A stretch of DNA of 58,231 bases, taken from NCBI GenBank assembly GCA_964035545.1, contig CAXIUT010000180.1, positions 1-58,231 of the forward strand, given 5' to 3'. The position numbers were made by a program, and so were the translations under genes. The stretch comes from Bugula neritina (taxonomy: Eukaryota > Animalia > Bryozoa). This document shows positions 1-12,806 of this stretch, piece after piece; the stretch's first letter is position 1, and the number at the start of each line of letters is the position of its first letter. Below the pieces are notes generated by a model. That model was not told the DNA's origin and searched no databases. It was given only the letters and a program-made list of their open reading frames with translations.

Positions 1-147
1 CCCAACCCCAACCCCAACCCCAACCCCAACCCCAACCCCAACCCCAACCCCAACCCCAACCCCAACCCCAACCCCAACCCCAACCCCAACCCCAACCCCA
101 ACCCCAACCCCAACCCCAACCCCAACCCCAACCCCAACCCCAACCCC
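1..147. repeat. Left telomere (CCCCAA)n
   Basis: Perfect C4A2 repeats from base 1 (starts CCCAA) to 147, then AT-rich unique sequence. Confidence 0.98.
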
Positions 148-244
148 TATAAATAATGATATGATAATCTTAAATATTTTTGAACTCTTAATCTTGAAAG
201 ATTTAATAATAAAATTTAATTCAAATGTAAAATGCAGCATACAA

Positions 245-1324
245 TCATCCTTTTCTGGCTTTTCTCAACATATTTGTGCATGGCGCCTGATTCTTCACAA
301 AGTTTGTAGCATTATTGCTAATGAACTGCTTTTGTTGCTCTGGATTCATGTTTGCATACATTTTACGCATTGAATTTGCTTATTCAATTCCATACTCTTG
401 TTCAGCAACTTAAAACACCTTGTTAGCTGAAGTATCAACCTTCATAAGTTCAACCCAACTAGTCAGTATCATGCCTCCTGAAGGATAGGTCAATAAGACA
501 TGACCAGCACTTCCTGAATAGTTTCCTATAGTTGAAGTTAGCTATTGAGAGCTTGCCTTAATGCTCTAAACTACTGTAAGAACTTGTAGTTTATAGATGT
601 CATGTTTCAATTGACCCTGGTTTACACTGTAAACAATAGTCCCTCCAGCTGCATTTACGTTACACAAACCTTCTTAGGCCATATCTCCAATAGTTTGAAG
701 TTGAGCAGAAGGACACTCTTTCAGTTATCCAGGACTAAATCTAAGAACAAAGTTTCCAGAATGTTCTTTTGTTTGAATGAAAGGATTTGGACCAAGTTAG
801 TATTTATCATTCCATTGATTTACTAAAGCCTTCAGACTAAAGTCACTGAACATAGCCATGTGTCCCTTATCGACAATTTTTTTTAGAAAATAGAACAGTC
901 TTTCAGGTCCTTCTCCAAATTGTTTACCTGAGTAGCCACCACTACATTCCCAGTTGAAAACAACACAATCTACATCTACTTCTTTGATTGAATCTATCAA
1001 TCGAGTTGCAGTTTAATCTTGAGGTTTTCCTTCAAAAGCTTAGATAAGAGAATTAAGGTAATTAGAGTCACAAGCATAGACTTCTACCTTAGTTCCTTCA
1101 AGAGCTTTTTGTTCAACAGTTGTGAAAAGATTATCATAACTACCTCCAGAACAAAATGAAACAATGACAGCAACAGTCTTTTTCTCCTTGTTTTAAGGTT
1201 TATCATTTAAGATCCTCAAACCATTTTTCACTCCGTGATTCATTGGATAATTCATAGGAGCTTGATTTGGAATATTATTTGGTACCTGAACCTTGTTTGC
1301 TCTTTTTCTTGCGACTTTTTCCAT
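245..1324 (-). CDS. Uncharacterised protist protein, paralog A1 (359 aa)
   Basis: ATG 1324 to TGA 245, open with TAR=Glu. Highly similar to 6045-7160 (motifs FNWECSGG, MFSDFSLKAL, GHVLLTYPSGG). Confidence 0.85.
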
Positions 1325-1417
1325 CGAGGATATTTCAATAATTATAAAAGATTTAATTCATAGCCGTTTTAAATTTTATATTATTGATAAATTCTGACAA
1401 TCAATCTCTTCTTACAA

Positions 1418-3253
1418 TCATAAAAGCTATTCCTCTGTAATCACTTAAATTTATTCGCTATCTTCTCCGATATCTAAAATATACTCTTTGCCTAAAGAAA
1501 TAAATTTTTCTTCAACTAATTGTCTAATAGACTATTTCTTCATCTTTTAAGCCTGATTGATCTCCTCTAAAAGCAACAACCCATCTTCAAATGAAGAATC
1601 TCTTATGATTGGCTATTTCTAAAGACTTTCTAGGGGAATATCTGTAAATAAACTTCTCATCTTCTTAAATTAGTCGAAAATTTTAGGAATATAGATGCAA
1701 TAAAGTACTCCTAGAAGTATATTTCTTTTATTTTATTAAATTATTGATATGGAAGCTAGTGCATCTTCATAATACTGAGCAAGTAAAGCCCAAAGATTAA
1801 TGTTATTATCTCTATTTTTCAATTCTTCAGCAAATTCTTCTTTATTCACAAAATCACATTCTAATAAAAATTTACTGAACTCCTTTTGGAGATATTATTC
1901 ATTTTCAATGATCTTTTCTTCTAACTCTTCATCTAAATACCCTTCATATCTTTTTTTACAATGCTTCCAGACAGTTATTGAAAACTAATACGTTAAATAT
2001 TTTATAAACCTTGATATTTTGCAGGTTGTCAAGTCAATACCGAGAAAATTCTTTTAAACAGATCTAATATTTAAACTATTAAAGTTTATTTTTCTGAATA
2101 AATCAATTGCACTCATCAAAAGACTTATAACTCTAAATATATAAGGACTTTATTTTTGATATCTTCTTAATATCAATTATCTAATATCTTACACTATCTT
2201 TTCTTCTTTTATCTTTTAAGGTGGTATTGATGAAATTGGAAGGTTTGTTTAATTTTCATTTTAGCACTTATACTTTATTACAGATTCAAAATAAGCTTGG
2301 AAATTATTTTCTTGTATTTTCTCATAATTAATATCATCTAAAGTACTTTGTTCTATAACCTTTTTATTCTTAAATGGGTGAGTATTAGATAAAAACTCTT
2401 TTAATTCTTGAATTCCAACTCTTGATTTCTCATGAATATCAATCATTCTTTATAGAAATTTCAATAAATTTTAAAGTTTCAAAGAAGTAGATCCTATTTT
2501 TTTCATTAATTGATGCAAAGGTTTCAAAGTGACTCCGTTTAATGCTTGTAGATACTCTTTATAGTTTAAAGTTCTTTTCACAAGATAAGGATGAACTCCA
2601 AAAATCATTTAATACAATGTTACTCCTAATGAATAGATATCGCTTTTATCACTTGGTTTAAAATTTTTAATTTTAAGTTTTTAAGGAGGCATATAAGATA
2701 TTGTCCCTCTTCTAGTTGTTGTTTCCACATATTCCAACGATATTTAAGATACTCCAAAATCACACAATTTGAATACAGGTCCTTTCTTCAATATATTAGC
2801 TGGTTTTATGTCTTCATGTATGATTCCTGCTTCTAAAAGGAAGATTAGTCCATGAGTTGTTTGAAAAAAGAGATCATATATTTCTTATTAGGTAAATGAG
2901 TTGCCTAACTTTTGAGTTCTGAAGGTAGCTAGAGTGCCTGACTCACAATATTCTTGAAATATATATAAGTTGTTTTATGATTCTAAATGTTGTTTATAGG
3001 TTTTGACAATATAAGGACATTTAGGTAAGTTTTTTATAATCTTCAGTTCTTTTAGATAATCTTTTCTGACTTCTTCAGAAGTAATCTTAATAACTTTGAC
3101 AGCAAATAATTTAGTTTGTTCTGGCCAATCAGTCGCTTTGTATACTTTAGCTGATTTTCCTTCTCCTAGAGGTCTTAAATTCAAAGCATAATGATCCTCA
3201 TTACCTGTATCTTCGTTCTGGAGAGTAATTATTTTGATCTTTTACGACTACAT
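1418..3253 (-). CDS. Ser/Thr protein kinase (non-RD, HED) with helical C-terminal extension
   Basis: LGEGKSAKVY, AVK, QEYCE, HEDIKPANIL, KLCDFG, GTISYMPP(TAA=E), SDIYSLG. 1836 nt open to TGA. Confidence 0.92.
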
Positions 3254-3365
3254 CAATTTTAATTAACAAGAACTATAATAAAAACTTTATCTAAAAATTA
3301 TATAATAGCTTAGTCAATATTTATTTTAATAAACTTAATCTATCATCCACTCTTTATTTTATATT

Positions 3366-4374
3366 ATGTCAAGAAAAATCTTAAAAAATATTGCAAATCA
3401 CTTCAAAAATCCTTTAATCTAAGGAAAATATGAAGTCATTCCTCCTCCTTCAATCCCATCTCACATAACTAAACCACCATACGTCAACAATCCCAATCCC
3501 ATCTTTGGATAGTATGAGGCAAGACCGAAACCTCATACATAATAAGCTATCAAAAGTAAAAAAACAATTATATAGAACTAAGAGTATCAGCAAAAATCGC
3601 AAGTAAAGCACTATAAGATACCAAAAACTATATTTTAAACAAAGCAGATAATAAAGAACCATTGTCTGAAGAAGATATCGATAAATTTGTTTTCAATAAC
3701 CTAATATAACAAAATGCATATCCAACACCTATTGGTTTCATGAATTTTCCCAAATCAGTATGCGTATCTGTCAATGAATGCCTAGTCCATGGAATACCAA
3801 CAACAAGACCTCTAGATTTCGGTGATAAAATAAATATAGATATCACTGCCTATTTCGATGGCTACCATGGAGATAACAACCTCACTGTATTCTATGGAGA
3901 ACCATAAGATAAAGTTAAATTAAAAGTGACAGAAGTAACTCAAAAAGCTGTCTATGAGGCAATTTCTATATGCAAACCAGGAGTTCCTCTTAATCAAATC
4001 GGATTAACAATCGATAAAATAGCTAAATAGAATGGTTTATTTGTATGTGAAGATTTTACAGGTCATGGAATAGGTCATTTACTGCATATGCCTCCAATGG
4101 TCTTTCATACATGTAGTGTTATTATTAGTTAGACTATCATCAGTATCAATAGGTAATGCAAGTTGGACAGGTTTTTACAATTTAACCTATTTTATCTCTT
4201 TACCCATCAAAAAATATCAAGGTTTGGAAAGATAATTTCACAGCTATAAGTTAAAACAACCCAAATGCACAATTTTAACATACCATTTTGATCGTTGAAG
4301 GCGGATGCTAGATTTTGACGAAGAGACCAAGTTAAAACATACCTAATCCTAATAAAAATATTAAAAATATTTGA
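3366..4374 (+). CDS. map: Methionine aminopeptidase type 1 (probably organellar MAP1D-like); 20-nt introns 3556-3575 and 4113-4132
   Basis: FPKSVCVSVNECLVHGIP, INIDIT, DGYHGD, GHGIGH, FTI(TAA)P, AQF(TAA)HTILI, GC(TAG)ILT. Confidence 0.95.
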
Positions 4375-4538
4375 TCATTCTGTAAATAGTTATTAATTAT
4401 CTTATAAAATAACTTATAAGTGAACATTCTTAGTATCCAAATTCAAGTTTGTTTTTAAGATATTGAAGTAAAAGATATTGATTGTAGATAAAACGGTACT
4501 TTAGTTAACTATATTTTATTTTTCTGATAGTTAAAATA

Positions 4539-5938
4539 ATGTTCAAATCGATACTAAATTCCACTGATATCGAGTCAAACTAATATCAAAGCAACGATGA
4601 AATAATCCTAAAAATAGATGGCCTTGATTTGAACTGGGCTTCACTTTTTCTAAACATCTAAGGTTCAGATTTCAAATTCAAACATCGAGATTTCTATTAC
4701 CCAGTTCACGAAAATATAATTTTCAAAAATATCAATTCACACATACTCGATGAATCCATCGAAGATCAAACAATCATCCTTCCTCATCATTTTAATGTAA
4801 CTATTTTACAATTCAGCCATAAATGATAGAAGGTGTCATTTCTTGTCTCTATGGCCTTTAACTAAAAATATGCAGAAGTCAAACTCTTGAAGTATTAGAT
4901 GTTATTTATTGCCTTCATATTCCCAAACTGCAAAGATTGATAGAAGAAGACATCAAAAACCATATTATAGAGTATTAACTATTTTTGCTACTATCTAAAA
5001 GTATAGATTATTGTATGGGATAAATAGAAGAACTATGTCTCAATCAACTTGAATTTTAAAACTATTAGCAAATGAGATATTAAAAATATTAACTACTTAA
5101 TAGAAATGATGAAACCTTCAAATATGTACTTTATCATCATAACTAAAAACAATGGGAAGATCCCACTTTCGGACAAGGATCCAAATTTATCCAAGAACTT
5201 ATTCAATAATATTGTAAACATAATAAGTATACCTAAAAATAAAAAAACTAGTTTATACAGTAATACAATTAAAGAGCTGTTAGATCAAGTCCAAGAAGAA
5301 ATAAAGTTAAAATAAATCCTATTAGCATCAATTAAGATCCATCTCCTATGGAAATAAGGTTGTATACGCCAAGGACAGTAGTTAAATAAAATGTTATTCC
5401 TAAGAATAGGCCATTAACTCCTTTCTATTAGTATGATGCGAGCAAATCTTTATTAGTTGATTTGACTTATATGGGATAGAAAAAGAGAAAGTCTTCAAGA
5501 GGGTCATAAAATAATGATTAGAATTCTAGAATAATGTCAGATTATATTGCCCTTAGAGATCAAAATCAATAAATTTATGAATAAACAGCTAAAATGATGG
5601 AAAATATAAAAAAAATATAAACTATTTTGGATTAAAAATCTTTAAAATCAATGAATAATTCACTTAAATTAGTATAAATAGAGGAAATATTATAATAGTG
5701 TTCATAAAAAATGAAAGAACAAGATTAGAGTACTTTGTTAATAGAGATAAATATTGACAAAGCAACAATGTAACCTTAGTAAGAAAATTAAATCGAAAAA
5801 TAGCATAAATTTGATATATCTGATCTATCTGATCTTTCAGATAAAGATAATATCTATGATTAAAAGGATAAAATCCCTAATTAACAAGATTAAACTTTAA
5901 GAGTTAGTTTAGTTACAAGTAAATGGGTTGCTCTGTGA
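4539..5938 (+). CDS. BTB/POZ-domain-like protein; 20-nt intron 4797-4816
   Basis: GSDFKFKHRDFYYPVHENIIF...PEMIEGVISCLYG resembles a BTB core. Spliced length is 460 codons to TGA. Confidence 0.65.
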
Positions 5939-6044
5939 TTTTAATATCTTTAAACTAAAAAACTCTAATATTATTTAGCCTAAATTAATAAAAATAGATC
6001 AAATTTCTAATAAAGTATTAAATAACATAATAAAATTTATTGGA

Positions 6045-7160
6045 TCATCCTTTTCTTGCTTTTCTCAACATATTTGTGCATGGAGCCTGATTCTTTACAA
6101 ACTCTGTAGCATTCTTACTTATATATTAGTTTTGTTAGCTTAAATCCATTCGATCATACTCCATACGCATCTACTGAGCTTTAGCGAATCCGTACTCTTG
6201 TTCAGCAACTTCAAATACCTTCTTAGCTGAAGTATCAACTTTCATAAGTTCAACCCAGTGACCCATACTTGTCAGTATCATGCCTCCTGAAGGATAAGTC
6301 AATAAGACATGACCAGCACTTCCCGAGTAGTTTCCTATAGTTGATGTTAGCTATTGAGAACTTGCCTTAATGCTCTAAACTACTGTGAGAACTTGTAGTT
6401 TATAAATATCGTGTTTAAGTTTATTTTTATTTACACTGTAAACAATAGTTCCCCCCATAGCCTAAACATTGCATCTTCCTTCTTCAGCCATATCTCCAAT
6501 CGTTTGAAGTTGAGCAGAAGGACACTCTTTCAGTTATCCAGGACTAAATCTGAGAACAAAGTTTCCTGTGTGCTCTTTTGTTTGAATGAATGGATTTGGT
6601 CCAAGTTAGTATTTATCACTCCATTGATTTACTAAAGCCTTTAGACTAAAGTCGCTGAACATAGCCATGTGTCCCTTATCAATAACTTTTTTGAGAAAGT
6701 AAAATAATCTATCCACTTTTTAAGGAAATGTTTTATTACTATAGCCACTAGAACATTCCCAGTTAAGCACAACACAATCAGGATCAACTTATCCGATTGA
6801 TTTCATTAGTCGAGTTGCAGTTTAATCTTTTGGTTTTCCTTCAAAAGCTTAGATAAGAGAGTTTAGATAGTTGGAATTGCAAGCATAGACTTCGACTTTT
6901 GTTCCTTCAAGAGCTTTTTGTTAAACAGTTGTGAAGAGATTATCATAGCTACTTCCAGATACAAACGTAATAATAACAGCCACAGTCTTTTTATCTTTGT
7001 TTTAAGGTTTATCATTTAAGATTTTAAGACCACTAGAAGCATTTGAAGAATAATCTTCGTCTATTTGTTGTTGCATTTATGGCATAATATCTGCATTTTT
7101 GTTAAATGCCACATTACTTTTAGCTTAGTTTTTTTTACCTTTACTCACCCAGGTTCCCAT
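6045..7160 (-). CDS. Uncharacterised protist protein, paralog A2 (371 aa), N-myristoylation motif
   Basis: Begins MGTWVSKGKK. Paralog of 245-1324 that retains SMGHW. Confidence 0.85.
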
Positions 7161-7270
7161 ATGAAGATATTTATTATACCACACAAATTCCAAGAGTTTA
7201 ATTTGTATATGACTATCTTATCAATCCTGATATAATTCTTTGATATTTAATAAAATATAAAAAGATATAT

Positions 7271-10200
7271 TCAATCATAATAACTATCTTGGGGTTGGGG
7301 TTGGGGTTGGGGTTGGGGTTGGGGTTGGGGTTGGGGTTGGGGTTGGGGTTGGGGTTGGGGTTGGGGTTGGGGTTGGGAATAACCATCTAAATAACTTTTA
7401 TAATTTTATTTAAAATTCTATAAAATACTCTGTTTTCTTATTCTTTATGATATTATCTTTATATTTTTAAAATAATATGGTATTTTATCCTCTATATTCA
7501 AAAATAATTTATTTCTCTTCATCCAATGATTCAATTATTGCTAACTTAAATTATTATCAACATAAACTTCTGCAAGCATTTCAACGATAAAAAGCAACTA
7601 ACCCGATTCAATCATATCACATATCTTTAGATAAGGCAATAAGACGATTCTAAAGAGTCTGGGATATATTTTGAGTGAATCTACATTTTTACATCTTTAG
7701 AGACAAAGACTAGTAACACCAAAAGTTTATTCTTTCCTACGAGCTAACTAAAAAGATCTGAGAAGAAGTTCAGAAACATCTAAAAATTTTATCACACTTT
7801 AATTTTGTTTAAATTATTCTGGCTTATTAGCTACATTTTGTAAATGTTTCAAACACTAAAGACTATTATTGATAGAATCATTGATTTTATTCATCGACAA
7901 AGTTATCTTTGATATTTTCAACAAAATATTAATATACTCAGGTTCATGAGTAATCTAGTGCACATCACATATTCTTTTACAATCAACCAACTCCTTCAAA
8001 CACTACTCTTTCTTATTCATTTCATAATGAATCACACTCAATTCTTTTTTATGCTTAAATACCAAATGACTTGTCTCTCCAAATATATCGATATAATTCT
8101 ATATCGATCTCTTTAAATTATTAACCCCTTTCTAGTATTAACCCTTCCTCAACTGCTACTCAGCGATTACTTCATAAAAAAATGATATCAATGGAATCTT
8201 GCCAATATAATATATGATTTCTCCCACTTTAAGAAAACATAGATCAGCTGCCTCCTGTGTTAAGTTGTCTTTAATCAGCCAATAAATAGCTGATATTGAT
8301 ATTTTATAATTATAATACGAAGGTTCTCTACTATCAACAAGATAGTATATGCTGTTCAGTCTTCTTTTATTGAAAGGAATTGTTTTTGACAGTTTTATGT
8401 TTATTTAAGGAGTTAAATAATCTATTTCCTTTGGAATCTATTGCTATACTTCATTTTTTAATTCTTATAATTTATAATTATAGCTTAACGAAGAATCTTT
8501 TAAAATTTAAGTTATTTTTCTATATTTATCTGACATTTTCTCATAGTTCAATGAATACACTATAGGTTTGAAATTCACATGAGATTTGTTTTATTCTTTC
8601 AAAGTTGATATTAAATTTTTATATTTATTTTAAAGAACTTTCTTATTATTTATCTCAATACCACTATGTATTAAAATAGCATTCAACAAATAATTCTAAT
8701 TAACTTGATCTCTACTACTTTTAATACCAAACAATCTTTCTGTTTCTTTCAATACAAGTTACCAAAAAGGATTATATTAATCTTAATCAAAAAATTTTCT
8801 AAAAAGATGCAAAGAACTATCAATAAGTATCTCCTCTATCTGATTTCTATTACTACTAAATTCACTAGGAAAATGATTATAAAGACTAAAAATTTAACTT
8901 CTAAAAATATTAATAAAAATAGAACAATAAATTTACGAAAGAAATATATGTCTAAAATGTTAATTCTCACATCGTTTATAAAGATAACTCCAATTCAAAG
9001 ATACCACATTATTTTTTCTTATTTACTATCGAAAATCAATGCTAGAAGTTATATTCAATTCAGCATTTAAAATTTTATCCAATATTTAATTTTATATCCT
9101 TGTTGATTTTTTAATTTTACTTGCTTTTGTGGAATTTATTTGATTAGTTATTGATTTGCATAAAATTGATATTTATTTATATTAAATAAACACGACTAGA
9201 GGACATTAATGTCGATGTGAATATGTTTAAAATGTTTATTTATTTTATATAAATTATTATTTTAGTTATTGGATATTAGAATAAGTATTATAAACAAGTT
9301 ACTTGTCAATATCCAACTAATATATAATACTTTTTTATTATTTATATTTATACCCTATTTTATACTAAATTCCCTAAATAGTTCTACAAAGATATTCTTT
9401 TTATTGTTAATATTAATGAAAAGATTCGCTTATTATTAATTAATCAACCATAGAAACAACCTATTTAATACAATGCCTAACAAAATCAAAATATATAGAT
9501 GTTTTATTATACTATTCATTGTAATATATTTTAGACCAATTTTTGGGTTAATTTGATTGATATTGTTTTGATAAAGATTTTGATGATTTATTTTTCTTTA
9601 TTACTCCTAATTTTAACATATTGTTGTCCTACTGAAAATTACTGTCGATCTTGCTGTAACCTCTATCGTTAAAAGGTAATTATTAATGTTTTTATTATTA
9701 GTTATGTTTTTATGAAATATAATTTTATTCTTTTAATTTTGATTTAGAATTAATAAGATAACTATTAGTTTTTTAATATTTTTATATTGTTTTTGATTTA
9801 TCTTTTGGTACTAATTCTTGAATATCTTTAATATTTTATTACTATGATTTTATATCAAAATTTTTGATGTAGCTATTGTCTTCTACTGGAATTATAGCAT
9901 CTTTATAGTTTTTTAAAAAGCCTCCCAGAGGAGTATTCTATTGAAATTAATTGTATTACGAAGGCTAACTATTTTTATATTCACTAATAGTTGGTTTTAA
10001 CTCTAATCCATTATTCAGAATTCCTTTTTAATTAGATTATGGAATAAAAGGAGATTTATCCTCTATTTTAGGAATTTATTTCAATTATTAAGGTTATTTT
10101 TAAACTTTTATTTGAGGATTTTGATATTCAGTTGGAAATTGGTTATTCGAAGGCTCAAATATATTAGATTTTTCACTTACTTTACTCTAATTTTGAGGTT

Positions 10201-10789
10201 TTTATCCTTAGTAAGATATTTTATTCTAATTATTCTAAATATATTCTTGTTGATTTGAACTCTGTATTTCTTAACTATTTTTTTAATATGAAAAACTTTA
10301 TTTTTTATGATAATATCCATCAACTTCATCTTGAGACCTAGTAAATAAAAATTAAATATGCTGATACCAGATAGTCATCAGTTCCTTATTATCAAAATAA
10401 AACACCCACTCTATTTTGATATTCTTCTTATTCAATTTAATTTAAATCCCATGTTTATCAACAATAGGCCTTATAGTAAAACAATTAGCTCCACCTTAAA
10501 GTACATTACTTCTTGATATGACCTATTTTGGTATTTGACTAAGTACCTCTTCTTCACTGTGAAACGGTAATAGTCCTTTAGGATGTTATCTTAGATATGA
10601 CAGAGTTTCTTTTTTTGTATTAAGAATCAAAAATCTTTCATTTTTAAATATACCAGTGCCTGATTCCTTATTAACATAGTTGTAAAGAACAAATTAAGAA
10701 GAAGTAAGACTCAGAAAGCAAGGTTTTTTTCTCAATAGCTATAGTTGTTCACTGGTAAGTTGTTTATTTCTTTGATTATTATCTATCAT
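7271..10789 (-). CDS. Large PH-like + low-complexity + CLU-like/TPR-like protein; ORF reads through the internal telomere tract
   Basis: ATG 10789, no in-frame TGA until 7271-7273. N-terminal PH-like segment ends W-Y-Q-H-I. Motifs NWSKIY..DFVRHC, CPLVVFIEYK and PFWELV resemble CLU domains. C-terminus is helical and TPR-like. Confidence 0.75.
7291..7377 (+). repeat. Internal telomeric tract 1 (GGGGTT)n, 87 bp (89 bp if the preceding TT is counted)
   Basis: Perfect T2G4 repeats ending TTGGG. Confidence 0.97.
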
Positions 10790-10815
10790 TATTGTTTAAG
10801 CTAATAATATATATA

Positions 10816-11769
10816 TCAAATAAATATTTATTGATAATCGTTGAATATATTCTCATCAGTTTTCCAAGGATTAAATACGTCATCTTGAAGTTAATCAACC
10901 TGAATTTTCTTTGAATTTTTTAATAATGTTTTTTATTTTGGTATTTTATTTGGTTTAATTTCTTTTATTGAAATTTATGATGATATTTAGGATGATCTAT
11001 TCTTTTATTTCTGAGGTTTTTAATATACTATGACTGTCTATGGCTAAATATTGTTTATTTTGATCTAGCAAGCAGGTAATATCTTTTTAGAATGGGACAT
11101 TTTTTCTTTTATTTTTTTAAGAGTTGTTCCCCACAGTTCAGCCCTTTATGTACTGTTTTAAGGAGTAACTTATCCTGAATTAGCAAGAGAAGAAAAATTT
11201 TTACGATACTTCTAGATAACTTCTTTGAGATTTATTGTTTTACCAGAACTATTTCTGTCATAACCAGTATCAATACTTTTATTTTGATGTTTTTCCATTT
11301 TTTTAATACCCTTTTTGTCAAGAGTTACATTATTAATCGAATAATAGTATTTATTCATTTCTTTATTAGAGTTATTATATTGCAAGGCACATAAAGATCG
11401 CTTGAATATTGGTTTTTTTTCCTTTATTGACATCTTTTTAGAAATTATTTTATCTGAAAACATAAAAAAACTGTCTCTACTTTAGTTATTTTTGGATAAT
11501 TAATTATTAGTTGTCTTTCTCATGTCCTTAAACATTCCTTTAATACTTTGTTCTAACGGATTTGATCCGATATCCTTCGTCACTCTTTCTTTATCTTTTT
11601 CTCTCTTCTTTTTAAACATCTAACTTATACAATCTCGAAAACCTTCTTGTTAATTTCCGTGGAAAGTTCCTCTTCCTTTAATAGGTGACATCTTATTCAC
11701 ATGTTCAAAGCTATTATCTCTGCTATTCTAGACAGAAGTAAATTGTTTCATACTAATTCGATATGACAT
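10816..11769 (-). CDS. Hypothetical basic, low-complexity protein
   Basis: ATG 11769 to TGA 10816. Contains the supplied ORF 11212-11463 in frame. Confidence 0.7.
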
Positions 11770-11822
11770 TCTATAGACTAAGAAATATTATATTCTATAT
11801 AGATGTATTTAATTGAATGTAA

Positions 11823-12722
11823 TCAAATCTGAATGATATCAGTTTTATCTATCGCCTGCAAATACTCCTTCAAACTAAAATCTAAATTATTTGCTGTCTG
11901 CAAATGAGTGTTGGTCTTTCTTAATAATGCTATATATTGACTTAACTTCTTATACGCCTTTATCAACTAGTTTTTCTGGCGCTATAATCGTTTCTGGTTC
12001 ATCTGTGCCTTCTCACGGTTCTTCTGTAGTTTTATATTTTCCTACTTGTTTACAATTTATTTTTATTTTATCACCTGCTTGCCGCTCTATATCTCAACTT
12101 TTAGTTGCTATATCTTTCCACTTAAATTTTTATATTCAGCTTCGTAGCTTACCTTTTCCTTATTTATCTATGTCAACTTTTTCTCAAGGTTAGAATGCTG
12201 ATTTTTAGCTGCTTATTCATCTCTAGCTAAATTGACTGAAGTCTTTTTAAGTTATTAATGCTTATCATTTAATTTAGATATTTCCTTTATCCATTTTTTA
12301 CTTTAATCTGATATCTTCTTACCCTTACTTTCCAAATCCTTCTTCAGTTAATTTTTCATCTTAACAGCTACACTAGCTTGTTAGATATTGTTCTACAACT
12401 TTTATAATTTCAATCTATTTTTTTCCATCTGATTTTTTCCTTTCTAATAATGCTTCTTTAATTCACTTAATTTATTGATATTTCTTTATTCAGTCGCTTT
12501 CTTTACCGCCTCTATCTGCCCAATAATATCTTCTTCTTATTCCTCTTATTTTTAAAATTATTCTTAATATGGGCTCTATTTTTCAATTTCTCCAAATTAA
12601 ATATTCTAATCTTCATCGTTGTCATCTAACTGATTTAACTCCTCTTCAATCATTCTTTTCCTTTCCTCTAACTACCTGTTCTTTCTTTCAAGAGCTTCGC
12701 TTTTCTCTTCAAGTTTTTTCAT
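11823..12722 (-). CDS. TEX9-like coiled-coil protein
   Basis: C-terminus ELIKAYKKLSQYIALLRKTNTHLQTANNLDFSLKEYLQAID resembles the TEX9 C-terminal motif. 300 codons. Confidence 0.6.
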
Positions 12723-12806
12723 TCAAAATTTTAAATTATCAACCACTAAAGCTTAATAGCCATCAATACAATGAATAAACTAAAGATTAAATATTTAATG
12801 AAGAGA

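Noticed and set aside
3366-4374. Standard ciliate code (TAR=Gln) or the split UAA=Lys/UAG=Glu code
   Set aside because: TAA occupies invariant catalytic Glu positions in MetAP and the kinase, which is incompatible with Gln or Lys.
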